Shown here one piece after another: positions 59,551-64,000 of a DNA stretch of 64,000 bases. The DNA comes from Candidatus Latescibacterota bacterium. Lineage in GTDB: Bacteria > Latescibacterota > UBA2968 > UBA8231. How positions within the stretch are numbered: position 1 is the stretch's first letter; each line of letters starts with the position of its first letter. Below the pieces are notes generated by a model that did no database searches, was not told where the DNA came from, and was given only the letters and a program-made list of their open reading frames with translations. A program made the position numbers and the translations under genes. Location: positions 3,328,001-3,392,000 of the forward strand of contig OZ241362.1 of assembly GCA_965200315.1 (NCBI GenBank), written 5' to 3'.

Positions 59551-60192
59551 TTATTTGCGAGCGACGGGATTCTCCGACTCAACTGTTTTTTTCGGCTGGG
59601 GCATTCGATTTGGTTCACCTCTGTGTTGAGCATTCAATAGTCGAATTTGCTTCACAATGTCATCTATGCTGGGTGAGTATTGTCCCTCTGTTGAAACATG
59701 AATTGTGGGCACGTTGAAATCTGGAGCTATGTAGTCGTCAGGAGGCGACATCTCTCCTGTTTCCCGGTAGAGTTCAACGCGCTTATCGCCGTGGTAGAAC
59801 TCCCGATTCGGATCATCCAGACCCCGCTGGAGATGGCGCTTAGCCGCCACTATCCCGTCAACTGAGCATACAACAATGAAAGGAATGGACAATTCAAGGA
59901 TCGTGGGCATCCTTGGTTGCCAAACCCTGTGCTGAAAGGCCGCCTCAATAACGACAGAAATCTTACCGGCTAGATACTGATTCACTATCTCAAAGAAAAA
60001 GTTGGAGACTACGCCATTGGTGTTTGGCGGAAGTTGATCGTGCTTGACGCCATGGGTATTGACATAGCCCTCCTTGATCGCGTCGCGACTGATGACCGGC
60101 ATCCACAACCGCTCAGCGAGCCGCTTGGATAAACTCGTCTTCCCCGATCCCGGCCGGCCTGTGACGATAATGCATTTGGGTTTACTGCTCAT
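59551..60192 (-). CDS. AAA_33-type P-loop kinase/ATPase
   Basis: TGRPGSGKTS; ATG 60192 overlaps the end of the upstream gene. Confidence 0.8.
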   Translation of the reverse strand: MSSKPKCIIVTGRPGSGKTSLSKRLAERLWMPVISRDAIKEGYVNTHGVKHDQLPPNTNGVVSNFFFEIVNQYLAGKISVVIEAAFQHRVWQPRMPTILELSIPFIVVCSVDGIVAAKRHLQRGLDDPNREFYHGDKRVELYRETGEMSPPDDYIAPDFNVPTIHVSTEGQYSPSIDDIVKQIRLLNAQHRGEPNRMPQPKKTVESENPVARK

Positions 60193-60997
60193 CTCGGCTG
60201 AGGCACACTCGTTGTCGAGTGGCGATTTCCTTTCCATGGGTATAGTGCGCTGATTCGACCAACTCGAGCGTTTCGGGAGCCAGCCGCTCTTTGACCGCCT
60301 CTGGAATGGGGCCGGCTTGGCGGTGGTGTGGCCGGTAGCGCAGCGTAAGCACCCGGCGCTGGCGGTCGAGGGCTCGCCAAGGCAGGACCCCGTGGGTTAC
60401 GCATTCGGGCATGACCACCACATCCCCGGCCGCGGGCGTGATATTGACGACTCCCGGCGGAATCTCCTCTTCGATGCGACCCTGATCAAATAGCTGCGGC
60501 GGCCGGTTGAACTCGCTTTTGTGCGATCCCGGCACCACTAGTAGCCCGCCATCACCGGGAAGCACATCGTCTAGGTAGGGAAACACCACAAAGTCGTCGC
60601 AGTAGATGCGGCCTTGGCGTACCTCGTAACGGGCGCTCTCAAAGCCGTAGTCGTCGCGGGCGCAGTGGAGTTGCACCGCCTCGGTGTGTCCGTCGGGAGA
60701 GTCGAGCATCAGGGTACCGCTGGCGAGCATGGGCTTGCCGTTGGTCAGCTCCAGCACGATGGGCCATACCGCCGGTAGAAAGACCAGCTTTTCCAGCGCT
60801 CGGTCGAAGGCGAAGCCGTGGGCAAAGCCCTTGAGATTTTCTGATCGTCCGAAATGCGGCGGCAGGTCTTCTGGTGCGCTATTGATGTAGCGCGTGGCAG
60901 CATCTGAAGCCGCATCCAGTTCCTCCGGGGTCAGGACGTTCTTCAGGTGCAGAAAACCGCATAGATCAAAAAGATAGCGTTGTTCTTCGGTCATCAT
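60182..60997 (-). CDS. PhyH family Fe(II)/2OG enzyme (HxA motif)
   Basis: YLFDLCGF, LHCA, GGLLVVPGSHK and THG motifs. Confidence 0.87.
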   Translation of the reverse strand: MMTEEQRYLFDLCGFLHLKNVLTPEELDAASDAATRYINSAPEDLPPHFGRSENLKGFAHGFAFDRALEKLVFLPAVWPIVLELTNGKPMLASGTLMLDSPDGHTEAVQLHCARDDYGFESARYEVRQGRIYCDDFVVFPYLDDVLPGDGGLLVVPGSHKSEFNRPPQLFDQGRIEEEIPPGVVNITPAAGDVVVMPECVTHGVLPWRALDRQRRVLTLRYRPHHRQAGPIPEAVKERLAPETLELVESAHYTHGKEIATRQRVCLSRDEQ

Positions 60998-61250
60998 TGT
61001 CAGCCTTGCCTTTCGTAGGAATAACGAACTGGATCACCATTAGAATCAAAGAGTTTGCGTGGACAATCGCAACCAATCTCGCGAAGCTGGATAATCCTAC
61101 GTAACTTCTTGTAATAAATTGAGATATAACGATTATTCTGAGATTTGACGCGCCTAGTGCCGCCGCGCAAATTTCGCATCGGCTCAACAATACTTATTAT
61201 GCTAATTAGTTGATAAATCGCTAAACGCATCCCTACGCACAGAGAGAAAT

Positions 61251-62687
61251 ATGAGCACCGCAAACGTTGAGACACTACAGTTGCCTTCGTACTTAGGCGG
61301 ACAAGCAATCGGTTCGGCGGATACTTTGACCATCCACTATCCCTACGACGGTTCGATTGCCGGTGCGGTTAGCAAGGTCAACGGCGATCACCTCGACCTC
61401 GCCATCAACCGCACACTGTCTTTTGACGGACAACCGTCGCGCTTTGATCGGTCTCAAGTGCTGACCAGAGCTCGCGAACTTCTGCTCGATCGCGCAGACG
61501 AGTTTGCCAACCTGATCCGCATGGAGTCCGGGCTGTGCATGCGGGAGACTAAGTACGAGGTGGGGCGCGCCTGTGACGTTTTTCAATTCGCCGCGGCCGA
61601 GGCATTAAAGGACGACGGCGAAATATTCTCCGGCGATGTGTCGCCTAAAGGTGAGCAGCGGAAGATCTTTACGGTTCGCGAACCGGTGCGATTGGCCCTT
61701 GCCATTACACCCTTCAATCACCCACTGAATCAAGTTGCTCATAAGGTTGCACCGGCAATCGCGGCGGGTGTGCCCTTGCTCGTCAAGCCATCGGAAAAAA
61801 CCCCGCTGACCGCCATTCGGCTTTGCGAGTTACTCTATGATGCCGGCCTGCCCGAGCAGATGCTCAGCGTCTTCATCGGGGACATCGACACAGTGGTCGA
61901 GCCATTAATCGCAGATGAGCGGATTGAATTGGTCACGTTTACCGGCGGAACTGTCGTCGGTAAACGCATTGCTCAGTTGGCGGGTTACAAGAAATTATGC
62001 TTGGAGTTGGGTGGTAATAGTCCATTGATCATTTTGGACGATGCAGACCTCGATCTGGCGGCGACGCTCGCGGCAGAAGGATGTTTTCGCAATTCGGGCC
62101 AACGTTGCACGGCAGTGAAGCGATTGCTCGTCCATCGTAGAATTAAGAATGTATTTATGGATAAGTTCCTCGAGCGAGCGGCCACTTATCGGGCTGGTGA
62201 TCCGGCGGATCCGGCTACCATCGTGGGTACGGTGATTGACGACGCGGCGGCAAAACTGCTCGAGCAGCGCGTCCACAAAGCCGTGCATCAGGGTGCGAAA
62301 GTGCTGTTGGGTGGAGGACGCCGTGGTGCGCTAGTAGAACCAACGGTAATCGACAACGTCCCTCGCGACGCGGAAATGATTCGGGAGGAATCGTTCGGTC
62401 CGCTGGCCCCCATCATCGAGATTTCCGACATCGACGACGCCATCGCGGTCGCCAACGACTCCAAGTTCGGACTCTCCTCGGGCGTAGTAACCAATCACCT
62501 GCCAAGCGCACTGGAATGCGTCCGTCGCATTAGAACGGGGACGGTCAACATCAATCAAGTTCCTGGGTATCGCATTGAATGCTCCCCGTTTAGTGGAGTA
62601 AAAGACTCTGGCTTAGGGATTAAGGAAGGCGTGATCGAGGCCATGAAGTTCATGACCAACGTAAAGACGTTCTCGCTGCCGTGGTAA
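61251..62687 (+). CDS. Aldehyde dehydrogenase, phosphonoacetaldehyde dehydrogenase (PhnY)-like
   Basis: ITPFNHPLNQVAHK, LELGGN, NSGQRCTAVKR and C-terminal KEGVIEAMK..TNVKTFSLPW. Confidence 0.85.
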   Translation: MSTANVETLQLPSYLGGQAIGSADTLTIHYPYDGSIAGAVSKVNGDHLDLAINRTLSFDGQPSRFDRSQVLTRARELLLDRADEFANLIRMESGLCMRETKYEVGRACDVFQFAAAEALKDDGEIFSGDVSPKGEQRKIFTVREPVRLALAITPFNHPLNQVAHKVAPAIAAGVPLLVKPSEKTPLTAIRLCELLYDAGLPEQMLSVFIGDIDTVVEPLIADERIELVTFTGGTVVGKRIAQLAGYKKLCLELGGNSPLIILDDADLDLAATLAAEGCFRNSGQRCTAVKRLLVHRRIKNVFMDKFLERAATYRAGDPADPATIVGTVIDDAAAKLLEQRVHKAVHQGAKVLLGGGRRGALVEPTVIDNVPRDAEMIREESFGPLAPIIEISDIDDAIAVANDSKFGLSSGVVTNHLPSALECVRRIRTGTVNINQVPGYRIECSPFSGVKDSGLGIKEGVIEAMKFMTNVKTFSLPW

Positions 62688-62751
62688 TCGCCAGCCAAGC
62701 TGCTTGCAGCATCAATCACATGGGCCAACCTAAAAAGAAAAGGATAGTACA

Positions 62752-63660
62752 ATGAAAAGACTTTTTATTCTCACTGTTATAGCGTTGTCGAGCTTATTCT
62801 CTTGTTCAGAAAGTGATGACACGCCACTTGATACACCCACTACAAATATAACAGGTTTATTTACACAAACACTTTCCCATGACGGTATAACAAGAGAATA
62901 TATTATATATGTGCCTGACTCTTATGATGGCACTTCCGAAGTTCCTCTAATGCTTAACTTTCACGGATATGGTGGGATTGCAAGCCAATACTTAAAATAC
63001 GCCGATATGCGGCCTTTGGCAGATACAGAAAATTTTATTCTGGTTTACCCTCAAGGGACCTTGCTGGATGGAGACCCACACTGGAATTCTGGTTTAGAAT
63101 CAGATAAAAATAAAAGTGATGCGGATGATTTTGGCTTTGTGGAAGCATTAATTAATGAGGTTTCTTCCAATTATAACATTGATTTAGCAAGAGTCTATTC
63201 CTGTGGTTACTCAAACGGCGCTTTCTTTACGTATGCACTTGCTTGCTACCATAGTGATAAAATAGCGGCTATTGGTTCTGTTGCTGGAACAATGATGGAG
63301 GAAACATATAACAACTGTAGTCCATCACATCCTACGCCTATGATTAACATTCATGGTACATCAGACAAGTATGTCCCTTATGACGGGGGCTCTGAGGGAT
63401 TATCATCAATTGATGAGGTGCTTGCTTATTGGACAAATTTTAATAATACCAGTACTACTCCGATAGTAAATAGTATGGATGATAGTGGAACGACAATAGA
63501 ACATTATTCCTATACAGACGGAGACAACAATACTTCTGTAGAACATTATAGAATTATTGACGGAGGGCATGTCTGGTTTGATATCAGCTACGACGACTCT
63601 AATACCAGCCATCTAATCTGGGATTTTGTGTCGAGATATGATATTGGAGGATTGCGATGA
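62752..63660 (+). CDS. PHB-depolymerase/LpqC-family esterase lipoprotein
   Basis: LFSC lipobox, FHG, GYSNG, HGTSD and GGHVW motifs; strongly AT-rich. Confidence 0.88.
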   Translation: MKRLFILTVIALSSLFSCSESDDTPLDTPTTNITGLFTQTLSHDGITREYIIYVPDSYDGTSEVPLMLNFHGYGGIASQYLKYADMRPLADTENFILVYPQGTLLDGDPHWNSGLESDKNKSDADDFGFVEALINEVSSNYNIDLARVYSCGYSNGAFFTYALACYHSDKIAAIGSVAGTMMEETYNNCSPSHPTPMINIHGTSDKYVPYDGGSEGLSSIDEVLAYWTNFNNTSTTPIVNSMDDSGTTIEHYSYTDGDNNTSVEHYRIIDGGHVWFDISYDDSNTSHLIWDFVSRYDIGGLR

Positions 63661-64000
63661 GTAACGGATGGAAGGATATGCGCGGTTATTATCCCGGAGA
63701 TTGGGTCAGGCCCAGGCAGAACGCGGGGCATTGGCGTCCATTGGTCGATTGGACGGAGGTTTTTCCGGGCCATCGCTCCGTCGATCGCACTGGCGAGTTC
63801 GAGCTCTACGACGCTCCTATAGGCATCCGCTTGGCGATCGAGGAGGCGGACAAATCGGCTCCGCTCGAGTTCGATGGCGAAGCGGATGGTGACGTCGATG
63901 GCGTAGGCAACTCCGTGCGGGTGTGGCAGGCGGATGACCGATACCACCTGCTCTACTACGAGGGGAGACGCGTCGCTTATGCAGTAAGTGAAGACGCGTA
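63657..64000 (+). CDS. Hypothetical protein, possible beta-propeller glycosidase (partial)
   Basis: ATGA overlap with the esterase stop; frame MSNGWKDMRG...YHLLY...VAYAVSED is open to the edge. Confidence 0.55.
   Translation, partial: MSNGWKDMRGYYPGDWVRPRQNAGHWRPLVDWTEVFPGHRSVDRTGEFELYDAPIGIRLAIEEADKSAPLEFDGEADGDVDGVGNSVRVWQADDRYHLLYYEGRRVAYAVSEDA

Noticed and set aside
59579-59633. Possible integron attC (GCTCAAC...GTTGAGT on the minus strand)
   Set aside because: The R boxes match, but the L boxes are not complementary, there are no similar sites at other junctions, and no integrase is present.
1-64000. CRISPR array, rRNA, tRNA or prophage
   Set aside because: No regularly spaced repeats, RNA-gene signatures or phage structural modules were seen by eye.

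Overview
GC-rich bacterial chromosome segment from a diderm organism (TonB receptor, LpoB, lipoproteins). The many PhyH dioxygenases, enolase-superfamily dehydratases, NIPSNAP, TPR and ankyrin genes resemble marine or sponge-associated lineages such as Latescibacterota or Poribacteria; this taxonomy is inference only. A housekeeping core (ino1, dusB, 5-formyl-THF cyclo-ligase, uppS-cdsA-rseP-queG, ftsY, fhs) is interrupted by two accessory restriction-modification units. (1) A 2.8-kb C5-MTase/endonuclease island is bounded by a 12-bp direct repeat that duplicates the 3' end of ino1. (2) A 3.6-kb IS1595-family 'transporter IS' has clear terminal inverted repeats with inward-facing promoters; it carries a P63C-domain gene and an N4/N6-MTase + Eco47II-family nuclease + small Cys-rich gene operon. 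Other notable items: two PhyH enzymes with the halogenase-type HxA motif; a 6TM channel with a non-canonical filter and a phage-structural-like extracellular repeat; a ClC lacking the gating Glu; a cyclophilin-like gene with two in-frame TGA codons at Trp positions; MITE/REP-like palindromes; and many internally deleted gene remnants. No rRNA, tRNA or CRISPR array was seen. All family assignments come from motif recognition, not database searches.
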